Shown: positions 48,606-56,258, numbered from the stretch's first letter. The stretch: DNA of 64,000 nucleotides from Puniceicoccales bacterium (GCA_031288595.1 JAITRB010000004.1:9491-73490); one strand, 5' to 3'. Program-made: numbers and translations. The notes: generated by a model not told the origin, from the sequence alone.

Positions 48606-50450
48606 TCAATGGCCAGCCGTTTGGAGCTCGGGCAATGTCCTGTTTTGAACCAGTGCGACAATTTTAGCCACGGCCTCTTCCTGCGGATGACTACCTTCCA
48701 GGCCCTTGTGGATTCTCGAGCGAATCGAAACCGCCGACATCCCGGCCTCCTTGGGACCCAGGATGAAGAGGTGTGGTACTCGCTCCAGTTCTGCCCGACG
48801 GATCTTGGCTCCCAGCGGTTCGGAATGCCCATCCAGGCTGGCTCGGATTTTCCTGGCCTTCAGCTGCGACAATACCCGAGAGGCTTCCGGTAAAAGGCTG
48901 TCGCTGAGGCTAAGGATACGCACCTGTTCTGGGGCCAGCCAGGTCGGAAAATCCCCACCGAAATGCTCGATGAGCAGGCCGCAGAAGCGCTCGAAGGAGC
49001 CCAGCGGCGCCCGATGGATCATGATGGGCCGATGCGGCTGGTTGTCGTTACCGGTGTAGCTGAGCTGAAAGCGCTGCGGGAGGTTATAATCCACTTGAAT
49101 GGTCCCCAGCTGCCACTCGCGGCCGATAACATCGCGGATGACGAAGTCGATCTTCGGGCCGTAGAAGGCAGCTTCTCCGGCCTCGAGCGAAACCGGCACG
49201 CCTAGTGCTTCTGCGGCTTTTTGCAGAATCGCCTCTGCCGAATCCCAGTTCTCCGCCTCGCCGACATATTTGGTGGAATCTGGATCTCGAAGGCCGATGC
49301 GCACCCGAAAGTCCGACATGCGCAAAGTAGCAAATACCTTTTGCACGATTTGGAGACAGCGGTTGATCTCGTCCTCCAGCTGCTCCTCGGTGCAGAAAAT
49401 ATGCGCATCATCTTGGGTAAATCCGCGAGAACGCGTCAGACCGCTGAGCTCGCCCGACTGTTCCCAGCGGTAGACAGTGCCGAACTCCGCCAGGCGCAGA
49501 GGTAGCTCGCGGTAGGAGCGCGTTTGGGAGCGGTAGATCTGAATGTGGCCGGGACAGTTCATGGGCTTGAGCAGAAATCCGTCGAAATCGCCCCTCTCCA
49601 GTCCCTGTACCACCTCTCCGCAGGAAAGATGGCTCTGGGTGAGCTTTCCCAGAACATCGCGATCGGGCAGGGGAGGGTATTGGGACTCCCTGTAATAGGG
49701 AAAATGTCCGGAAGTACGGAACAGCTCCAGTCTGGCGATGTGGGGGGTGAAGACCTGCTCATAGCCCTGCTGCTCCAACTCCTCCAGGAGAAATTTCTGC
49801 AACTCATGCCGGATGATGGCTCCGCGGGGCAGCCAGAGGATGAGGCCCTGCCCAAAGTTCTCGTCGATCAGAAAGAGCTGCATCTCCTTCCCAATCCGGC
49901 GGTGGTCGCGCTTCTTGGCCTCTTCGAGCCGGAAAAGATGGGCATCGAGCTCATTCTGAGAGGCGAAAGCGCTGCCGTAAATCCGCTGCAGTTGCCTGTT
50001 TTTCTCGTCTCCGCGATAGTAGGCGCCGGCAATGCTCAGCAATTTGAATGCCTTGATCTCCGAACTGCGCCCCACATGTCCCCCGCGGCAGAGGTCGATG
50101 AATTCCCCATTGCGGTAGAGCGTAATCGTCTCATCAGAGGGGATGTCGGCCAAGCGCTCCAATTTATAGGGCTGCCCCTTTTCCCGGAACAGGTGGGCCG
50201 CTTCCTCGCGAGATACGACCTGGCACTCGAAGACCTGATCTTCGGCGATGATTTTTCGCATTTCCTCCTCCAGGCGCGGGAGATCTTCCGCAGTCAGGGG
50301 GCTCGCCAGGTCGATGTCGTAGTAAAATCCCTGCGATGTGGTCGGACCAATGTCCAGTTTAGCCCCCGGGAAGAGGCGCAGGACGGCGGCTGCCAGCACA
50401 TGGGCAGCTGAATGCCGTATGGCCAAGAGCTCGGATTCGGAATTCGTCAT
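48606..50450 (-). CDS. thrS: Threonine--tRNA ligase, lacking the N-terminal TGS domain
   Basis: The protein begins at the editing/second additional domain (RHSAAHVLAAAV, GFYYDIDL). Class II motifs are present (KPMNCPGH, FTQDDAHIF). An in-frame stop 33 nt upstream of the ATG prevents any N-terminal extension. Confidence 0.95.
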   Translation of the reverse strand: MTNSESELLAIRHSAAHVLAAAVLRLFPGAKLDIGPTTSQGFYYDIDLASPLTAEDLPRLEEEMRKIIAEDQVFECQVVSREEAAHLFREKGQPYKLERLADIPSDETITLYRNGEFIDLCRGGHVGRSSEIKAFKLLSIAGAYYRGDEKNRQLQRIYGSAFASQNELDAHLFRLEEAKKRDHRRIGKEMQLFLIDENFGQGLILWLPRGAIIRHELQKFLLEELEQQGYEQVFTPHIARLELFRTSGHFPYYRESQYPPLPDRDVLGKLTQSHLSCGEVVQGLERGDFDGFLLKPMNCPGHIQIYRSQTRSYRELPLRLAEFGTVYRWEQSGELSGLTRSRGFTQDDAHIFCTEEQLEDEINRCLQIVQKVFATLRMSDFRVRIGLRDPDSTKYVGEAENWDSAEAILQKAAEALGVPVSLEAGEAAFYGPKIDFVIRDVIGREWQLGTIQVDYNLPQRFQLSYTGNDNQPHRPIMIHRAPLGSFERFCGLLIEHFGGDFPTWLAPEQVRILSLSDSLLPEASRVLSQLKARKIRASLDGHSEPLGAKIRRAELERVPHLFILGPKEAGMSAVSIRSRIHKGLEGSHPQEEAVAKIVALVQNRTLPELQTAGH

Positions 50451-50597
50451 GGCCTCCAGTAAAACAGATTTCTCCTGAAAAAATCAATCCCATTCCCTCA
50501 AGCTATCCCGCGGAACATCCTCCTCCGGCTGTCGGGAGCTCTCCGGGAAAACCTCAGGAAAGCCCCTAGGGATTCCTGTGCGGAGGGCTCAATCGAC

Positions 50598-50996
50598 TCA
50601 ATTCTCTTCCTTCTCTTCCTCCGGAGCTTCCTCGGTATTTTTCTCCTTTCGGAGGCTGTCCCAATACTTCCAGAACGAGCTGTGCTGCTCCAGCATCATG
50701 GCTTCCGAAACGGGTAGTTTGAAGCGAAGGATGAAGTCGGAAAGTGAGTGTTCCGGGAGGACGTAGTGGCAGAAGAGACTGCCGTCCTCACGGCGCTCGA
50801 AATAGACCCGCCAGCGCTCGCTGCGGTAGCGGTAGAGCAGGTATCCGTCCCGCCGGAAGCAGCTGAAGTCGCCGGATGGGTCCTGCAGGTCCTCTTCCGA
50901 AATGCGGCCGATACTCTCCATCAGCCGCAGCTGTTCCTCCATCGCCAGTTTCTGAAATTCGTGGAGGCTCTGTTCACTGAAGTTCACCTGCCGCAT
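50598..50996 (-). CDS. Hypothetical protein with RelE/ParE-like core and acidic C-terminal tail
   Basis: The start is at the internal ATG (MRQVNFSEQSLHEFQKL). The segment YLLYRYRSERWRVYFERREDGSLFCHYVLP resembles the RelE/ParE beta-sheet core. No antitoxin-like ORF is adjacent. The assignment is weak. Confidence 0.3.
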   Translation of the reverse strand: MRQVNFSEQSLHEFQKLAMEEQLRLMESIGRISEEDLQDPSGDFSCFRRDGYLLYRYRSERWRVYFERREDGSLFCHYVLPEHSLSDFILRFKLPVSEAMMLEQHSSFWKYWDSLRKEKNTEEAPEEEKEEN

Positions 50997-51106
50997 GGGG
51001 GCGATTGACGGAACTCGTGCGCCGCTGGCAAGAGCGAAAGAGAAGAGGGTAGGGGAGTGCCTCTCTCTTCCCGCTCCCTGCACTTGACACCTGGGGACAT
51101 CGCCCG

Positions 51107-52102
51107 ATGCTCGCCGGAGTGAGCGAAGCGAGGAACATCTCCCCTGCGGAAGGGTCGATTTTCTTTCGGCAGGAGGTCTTTTCCTGCCCATCCATCGTTT
51201 GCCTCTACTTCAGCTCCCTTTTCCTGGCAGCACTTCTCACGCCTCTGTTCATCCACCTGCTCCTGCTCTGGAATGTCAGGGCACCGAACGGCATTGGCTC
51301 CTACCTGCTGTCGAAAAACTTCGGGGTGATTTTCGACCGCGTGCACCTGTTCCTCTTCGCGCTGATGCTCGGCATAGGGGGCCTTCGGGCCTGCCGGACA
51401 GCGAAGCTCTGGGCCTCTGTTCGGGAAAGGCTGAAGCGGGATGGAAGTTCGCAAATCGCTCTTTTCTGGAAATTCTTCGCCATCGGTGTGGCGATGGATC
51501 TGTGCCTGATGGGCCTGCAGATGTCTTTCTTCCCCTTTACGCTCGTGCCCTGGACGCTGAAGGCGGTGAGATGGCCCCTCTATTATGGCCTGAGCGCGGG
51601 CTGTATCGCCCTTCTGGAGGAGACTTTTTTTCGCGGATGCCTCTTGGGGTCCCTGTTGCGCCTTCTGCGGGAGCGGTGGGCCATTTTTGCCAGCGCCCTG
51701 ATCTTCGCCTATGCTCATTTCAGGGTTTCGCATTCCTCTTGGGAAGCACCAGAAGCAGTGACGTTGAGGAGCGGATTCCAGGCCCTATACCGGCACGTTT
51801 TCGGTGTTTTTCAAACTGCTCCTCCGCTGTCCCTAGCGATTCTCTTCCTCTTGGGTCTCGTGCTGGCCCAGGTGGCACTCCGCCATCGCTCCCTTGCCCC
51901 AGCCATGGGTCTGCATGCAGGCATAGTCTGGATGCTCATGCTCTATAAAAAGGGTGTCGATGTGAGCGTAAATTTGCCACATCCCTTCCTGGGCACTTGG
52001 CGCCTGACGGATGCACCGGTGACCCTTTGCCCTCTTCTTTTGATGGCGTGTGGCCTGCGGTATTTGGCCCGAAGAGGGGAAGAAAGCGTCCCGGTGGATT
52101 AG
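51107..52102 (+). CDS. CPBP-family intramembrane glutamic endopeptidase (CAAX protease/Abi-like)
   Basis: The protein is a multi-TM protein. Motif 1 is LLEETFFRGCLLG (EExxxR). Motif 2 is IFAYAHF (FxxxH). Confidence 0.7.
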   Translation: MLAGVSEARNISPAEGSIFFRQEVFSCPSIVCLYFSSLFLAALLTPLFIHLLLLWNVRAPNGIGSYLLSKNFGVIFDRVHLFLFALMLGIGGLRACRTAKLWASVRERLKRDGSSQIALFWKFFAIGVAMDLCLMGLQMSFFPFTLVPWTLKAVRWPLYYGLSAGCIALLEETFFRGCLLGSLLRLLRERWAIFASALIFAYAHFRVSHSSWEAPEAVTLRSGFQALYRHVFGVFQTAPPLSLAILFLLGLVLAQVALRHRSLAPAMGLHAGIVWMLMLYKKGVDVSVNLPHPFLGTWRLTDAPVTLCPLLLMACGLRYLARRGEESVPVD

Positions 52103-52154
52103 GGTTTTAGGGTTGCGGACTCGGGGAGATCTTGCATGAGATCCAATCACCGAT

Positions 52155-53105
52155 ATGGCCCAATCTGAAGAGGAAAAACTGATCATCGTCGGCAGCGGTT
52201 GTGCCGGGCTGAGCGCGGCCATCTATGCGGCCCGAGCCGGTCTGGAACCCCTGGTCATCGATGGGATCCAGCCGGGGGGGCAATTGACGACCACGAACCA
52301 CGTGGAGAACTTTCCCGGCTTTCCGGATGGCATTTCTGGGTCAGAGCTCGTCTGGAACATGCGCCGGCAGGCCGAGAACTTCGGTGCGCGCTTCCGCTCA
52401 GATAACATCCGACAGTTACAGTTTTCAGCGGAGAGGAAATACTTGATAGGGGAGAGAGAGCCCCTGTCAGCCCAAACGGTCATCATGGCGGTGGGAGCGA
52501 CCCCTCGGAAACTGGGCATTCCAGGGGAGGAAAAATTTTTCGGCGGCAGAGGCGTCAGCACCTGTGCCACCTGCGACGGGGCATTTTACCGCCATCGGGA
52601 GGTGGTCGTTATCGGTGGCGGTGATACCGCCTGTGAGGATGCGCTGTTCCTCGCACGCCTCTGCTCGCGCGTCCACCTCGTGCACCGCCGTGACCGACTG
52701 CGGGCCTCAAAAATCATGGCAGAGCGGGTGATGGCCCACGAAAAGATCGCGGTTCTGTGGAACAGCATTCCCATTCGCATGGATGGGGAAGAGAGGCTCG
52801 CTTCCCTGCAGCTTCGACATGGGGAGACGCAGGAGGAGAAAGCCTTGCCCTGTAGTGCCGCCTTTCTGGCCATAGGCCAGGTACCCAATACGGCCCATTT
52901 CCGCAGCGACCTCCCACTCGATGAACGGGGCTACATTCTGGGAGAAGGGGTGAGGATTTCGAGACGGGAAGACCCGCAGAGCTACTTCGAAGGGATTTTT
53001 CGTGCCGGAGATTGTGCTGATCCATCCTACCGCCAGGCCATTACGGCGGCGGCCATGGGTTGCCAGGCGGCGCTTGAGGCCGAACGCACTCTCGCCGGAT
53101 TCTAG
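52155..53105 (+). CDS. trxB: Thioredoxin reductase
   Basis: The FAD site is IIVGSGCAGLSAAIYAARAG. The redox-active site is CATCDG. The NADPH site is VIGGGDTACEDALFL. Confidence 0.93.
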   Translation: MAQSEEEKLIIVGSGCAGLSAAIYAARAGLEPLVIDGIQPGGQLTTTNHVENFPGFPDGISGSELVWNMRRQAENFGARFRSDNIRQLQFSAERKYLIGEREPLSAQTVIMAVGATPRKLGIPGEEKFFGGRGVSTCATCDGAFYRHREVVVIGGGDTACEDALFLARLCSRVHLVHRRDRLRASKIMAERVMAHEKIAVLWNSIPIRMDGEERLASLQLRHGETQEEKALPCSAAFLAIGQVPNTAHFRSDLPLDERGYILGEGVRISRREDPQSYFEGIFRAGDCADPSYRQAITAAAMGCQAALEAERTLAGF

Positions 53106-53113
53106 ATCATCCT

Positions 53114-54136
53114 ATGGAGGCCAAACTGTCACTGAAAAAGGCCGCGGAAGCGGCAATAGACCCCTCTCTGAGACCGAAGGGCTTTGATGAGTTCATCGGC
53201 CAGAGGCGTACTCTGGAACGCCTGCGGGTCATGACCGGTGCGGCGCGGCAGCGCGGCGAGTCCTTGCGGCACGTGCTGCTGAGCGGCCCGCCGGGGCTAG
53301 GCAAGACGACCCTAGCGATGATTCTCGGTCGCGAGATGGGGACACAAACCCGCATCACCTCGGGACCGGTGATTGAAAAAGCTGGCGATTTAGCCGGATT
53401 GCTGACGAGTTTGGAGTCGGGCAATGTGCTGTTCATCGACGAGATCCATCGCCTGCCACGAGCGGTAGAGGAATACCTCTATTCCGCGATGGAGGACTTC
53501 TGCATCGACATCCTGATCGATCAGGGGCCCCAGGCCCGCTCGATTCGCCTGGACCTGCCGAGATTTACCCTCGTCGGAGCGACGACCCGCACCGGCCTTC
53601 TGACCCCGCCGCTGCGCAGCCGCTTCACGCTCCAGACCCGTCTGGGCTATTACGAGGTCGGTGATCTGACCCAAATCGTCCGGCGCAGTGCCCGGCTCCT
53701 GCCGGTTGAAATCGACCAGGCCAGTGCCGAGGAAATTGCCCGCCGCTCGCGGGGAACGCCGAGGATAGCCAATAATCTCCTGGGCTTCGTCCGCGACTAC
53801 TGCCAGCAACGGGAAAACCCTTCGATCGTTGTAACCCTGACCCGGGAGGCTTTGGAGCTGCTGGAAATCGACGCTTCTGGTCTCGATGAGATGGACAAGC
53901 AGATCCTGAACTGCCTGGCGGAAAACTACAACGGGGGGCCGGTCGGCATCGGCACCCTGGCCGCCGCGATTGGCGAGGACCGGCACACGCTGGAGGAGGT
54001 ACACGAGCCCTATCTGGTGCAGGAGGGCTATCTGCAGCGGACACCGCAGGGACGCCTCCTGAGTGCCAAGGCCTGGGAAAAACTAGGACTGGAACCGCTG
54101 TCGCGGAGCTCGACCCAATCCGAGATTCACTTCTGA
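53114..54136 (+). CDS. ruvB: Holliday junction branch migration helicase RuvB
   Basis: The sequence RPKGFDEFIGQ is present. Walker A is GPPGLGKTTLA and Walker B is LFIDEIHRL. The sequence RGTPRIANNLL is present. No ruvA is adjacent. Confidence 0.96.
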   Translation: MEAKLSLKKAAEAAIDPSLRPKGFDEFIGQRRTLERLRVMTGAARQRGESLRHVLLSGPPGLGKTTLAMILGREMGTQTRITSGPVIEKAGDLAGLLTSLESGNVLFIDEIHRLPRAVEEYLYSAMEDFCIDILIDQGPQARSIRLDLPRFTLVGATTRTGLLTPPLRSRFTLQTRLGYYEVGDLTQIVRRSARLLPVEIDQASAEEIARRSRGTPRIANNLLGFVRDYCQQRENPSIVVTLTREALELLEIDASGLDEMDKQILNCLAENYNGGPVGIGTLAAAIGEDRHTLEEVHEPYLVQEGYLQRTPQGRLLSAKAWEKLGLEPLSRSSTQSEIHF

Positions 54137-54204
54137 GGGGTGCTAAAGAACTTGACAGTGGCTGCTTTCTGCCCTCCTTAGGGAGGATAGGAAGGCTTAT
54201 ACAT

Positions 54205-54453
54205 TTGACCATGACCGGAGAGGAAATTCACAAGGTGATTTTGGACATCATTCGGGAAATCGCACCGGATCAGGATCTCTCACGGGTAAAGCCGGAGCTT
54301 CCACTGCGGGAGCAGTTGGATTTGGATTCGATGGATTTTCTGGACATCGTGATGGAGCTGCGCAAGCGCCATAACATCGAGGTTCCGGAAGCGGATTACC
54401 CACGCCTGGAGTCCCTGGATTCCTGCGCGGAATATTTGGCAGACAAGTTCTAG
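54205..54453 (+). CDS. Acyl carrier protein-like (phosphopantetheine attachment site)
   Basis: The ORF is 82 aa with an LDLDSMDFLDIVMEL attachment motif (DSM serine). The start is TTG, with an ATG 2 codons in. No fab or polyketide genes are adjacent. Confidence 0.7.
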   Translation: MTMTGEEIHKVILDIIREIAPDQDLSRVKPELPLREQLDLDSMDFLDIVMELRKRHNIEVPEADYPRLESLDSCAEYLADKF

Positions 54454-54509
54454 CTCTAGCTCTTCCCCGAGGGAAAATTTCAGGAGACCCAAGGGCTAGG
54501 GAGGCTTAA

Positions 54510-54609
54510 GGTCGCCTTTGGAGCCTTCGGCTCCGGCCCGCTGCGCGGGCCCCGCCGAGGGGAAAGGGAAGAGAAATCTCTTCCCTTTCCCCTCGGCGTA
54601 AAGGCGACC
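54510..54609. repeat. Intergenic four-helix palindromic element, type 1 (a-b-c)
   Basis: The closing stem is GGTCGCCTTTG/TAAAGGCGACC, with the innermost pair G:T on the + strand. Arm a is GGAGCC-TTC-GGCTCC. Arm b is GGCCCGC-TGC-GCGGGCC. Arm c is a perfect 20 bp (GCCGAGGGGAAAGGGAAGAG-AAAT-CTCTTCCCTTTCCCCTCGGC). It lies between the ACP and the lolD-like gene. Confidence 0.85.
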
Positions 54610-54720
54610 GACAAACAACGAAGCCTTTAGTATCCCACCATTGCCTGAAGCAGCATCCATCGAGGCATTTCTCATTCCTTTGGGCTGGCCGATGGGAAAA
54701 TTTTCCGAATTTTCCTAAAA

Positions 54721-55419
54721 ATGTTCGAAACTCCCGATTCGCTTCCCTGTATCGCGCTGCGCAGAATCCGGAAGGGATTTCGCATGCCCCAGGGACGGAC
54801 GGAAATTTTACGCGACCTGTCCTTCTCCCTCTTTCCCCGCGACTCCGTTGGGATCAGCGGGACTTCCGGTGCCGGCAAGAGCACCTTTCTCAACATCCTG
54901 GCCGCCCTGGAGCTACCGGACAGCGGTGAGGTCCTCTGGAATGGCGAGTCTATCCACACCTGGCCTAGCCGTGCGTTGGCCCGACGTCGGGCCTCTCAAA
55001 TTGGCTTCGTCTTCCAGAGCTGCCACCTGGTACCGGAGCTGGATTTGCTGGAAAATCTTCTCCTGCCCTGCCGGATTTCCGGCCGGTGCCTTTCGGCCGA
55101 TGGTTCCAAGAGGGCAGAATATCTCCTGGAGCGTCTGGGCCTCTCATCTCACCGGCACTCTCTGCCGATGGGCCTTTCCGGTGGTGAGCGCCAGCGGGTG
55201 GCCATTGCCCGGGCCTTCATGAACCATCCCCGCCTCATCGTCGCCGACGAGCCGACCGGCAATCTGGATGAATCCACCGGCGAACAGGTCATGCAGCTAT
55301 TGGAAGACATGCGCCAAGAGGAGCAGACGGCGCTCCTCCTGGTCACGCACCATCTGCCCTTTTCTCGCCGCATGCAGCGCCAATATCAGCTGCATCAGGG
55401 CGTTCTCGCTCCTCTATGA
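54721..55419 (+). CDS. ABC transporter ATP-binding protein (LolD/MacB-ATPase-like)
   Basis: Walker A is GTSGAGKST. The signature is LSGGERQRVAIARA. Walker B is LIVADEPTGNLD. No permease gene is adjacent. Confidence 0.75.
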   Translation: MFETPDSLPCIALRRIRKGFRMPQGRTEILRDLSFSLFPRDSVGISGTSGAGKSTFLNILAALELPDSGEVLWNGESIHTWPSRALARRRASQIGFVFQSCHLVPELDLLENLLLPCRISGRCLSADGSKRAEYLLERLGLSSHRHSLPMGLSGGERQRVAIARAFMNHPRLIVADEPTGNLDESTGEQVMQLLEDMRQEEQTALLLVTHHLPFSRRMQRQYQLHQGVLAPL

Positions 55420-55484
55420 ACCCTGTCGATTAAAGAACAGGTCGATTTCAATTGGAGGACAAAGTCTGGAAATAATCATAGGAC

Positions 55485-56249
55485 TCACATGTACCTCCTC
55501 AAGAAGCGCCGGGTACGCTCGTCTTTGGGGGAGACGAAGATCTCATCCTCGTCGGAAATCTCGACGATCTGTCCCTCTTCTATGTAGATGATGTAATCCG
55601 AGGCATCGCGGGCGAAGCGCATCTCATGCGTGACGATGATCTGGGTCATCCCCTCGTGATCGAGATGACGCATGACCTCCAGAACCTCTTCCACCATACC
55701 AGGATCCAAGGCCGAGGTCGGCTCGTCGTAGAGCATCACCTTCGGCTGCATGGCCAGGGCCCGGGCGATGGCGGCCCGCTGCTTCTGCCCACCGGACAGG
55801 CTCCAGGGGCGGCGATGGGATAGACCGGACAGGCCGACTTTTTCCAGGAGCTCCATGGCCTTTTGCCTGGCGGTTTCATGGGCTTCCTTTTTGACGACGA
55901 GGGGAGCCAGCATGATATTTTCCAGCAGCGTCTTGTTGGGGAAAAGGTTGAAGGATTGGAAGACCATGCCGACCTGTTGGCGCAGAGTGTGGGCCCGATC
56001 GAAAAAATGCGCGTCGAGGGCCGAGCTCCTGTCGGGTCGCGAGAGCGTGATGCCGTCGATGCGGATGCTGCCGGCATCGAGGATGTCGAGGCAGTTCAGA
56101 CAGCGCAGCAGCGTCGATTTTCCACAGCCGGATGGCCCGATGATCGAGACGAGGTCGCCGGTCTCGATGACGAAGCTGACATCATCGAGGATGAGGCATT
56201 CGTCGTGGTACTTCTGAAGGTGCTGGACCGAGATCAGAGTTTCTGTCAT
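55485..56249 (-). CDS. Polar amino acid-type ABC transporter ATP-binding protein (GlnQ/HisP-like)
   Basis: Walker A is GPSGCGKSTLLRC. The signature is LSGGQKQRAAIARA. Walker B is MLYDEPTSALDP. The segment THEMRFARDASD is present. No permease or binding-protein gene is adjacent. Confidence 0.8.
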   Translation of the reverse strand: MTETLISVQHLQKYHDECLILDDVSFVIETGDLVSIIGPSGCGKSTLLRCLNCLDILDAGSIRIDGITLSRPDRSSALDAHFFDRAHTLRQQVGMVFQSFNLFPNKTLLENIMLAPLVVKKEAHETARQKAMELLEKVGLSGLSHRRPWSLSGGQKQRAAIARALAMQPKVMLYDEPTSALDPGMVEEVLEVMRHLDHEGMTQIIVTHEMRFARDASDYIIYIEEGQIVEISDEDEIFVSPKDERTRRFLRRYM

Positions 56250-56258
56250 GTCGGATGT

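Noticed and set aside
2141-54609. Interpreting the 14 intergenic repeats as a CRISPR array or arrays.
   Set aside because: The copies are kilobases apart and separated by housekeeping genes. They occur in both orientations and are themselves internally variable. There is no regular repeat-spacer periodicity and no cas genes.
13906-54609. Interpreting the repeats simply as rho-independent terminators.
   Set aside because: Most copies lack a 3' U-tract. Several sit in divergent promoter spacers (6006, 12681, 23269) or inside operons (42269 between plsX and fabH). Where A/T runs flank a copy they are symmetric (T5...A5 at 28848) or on the wrong side.
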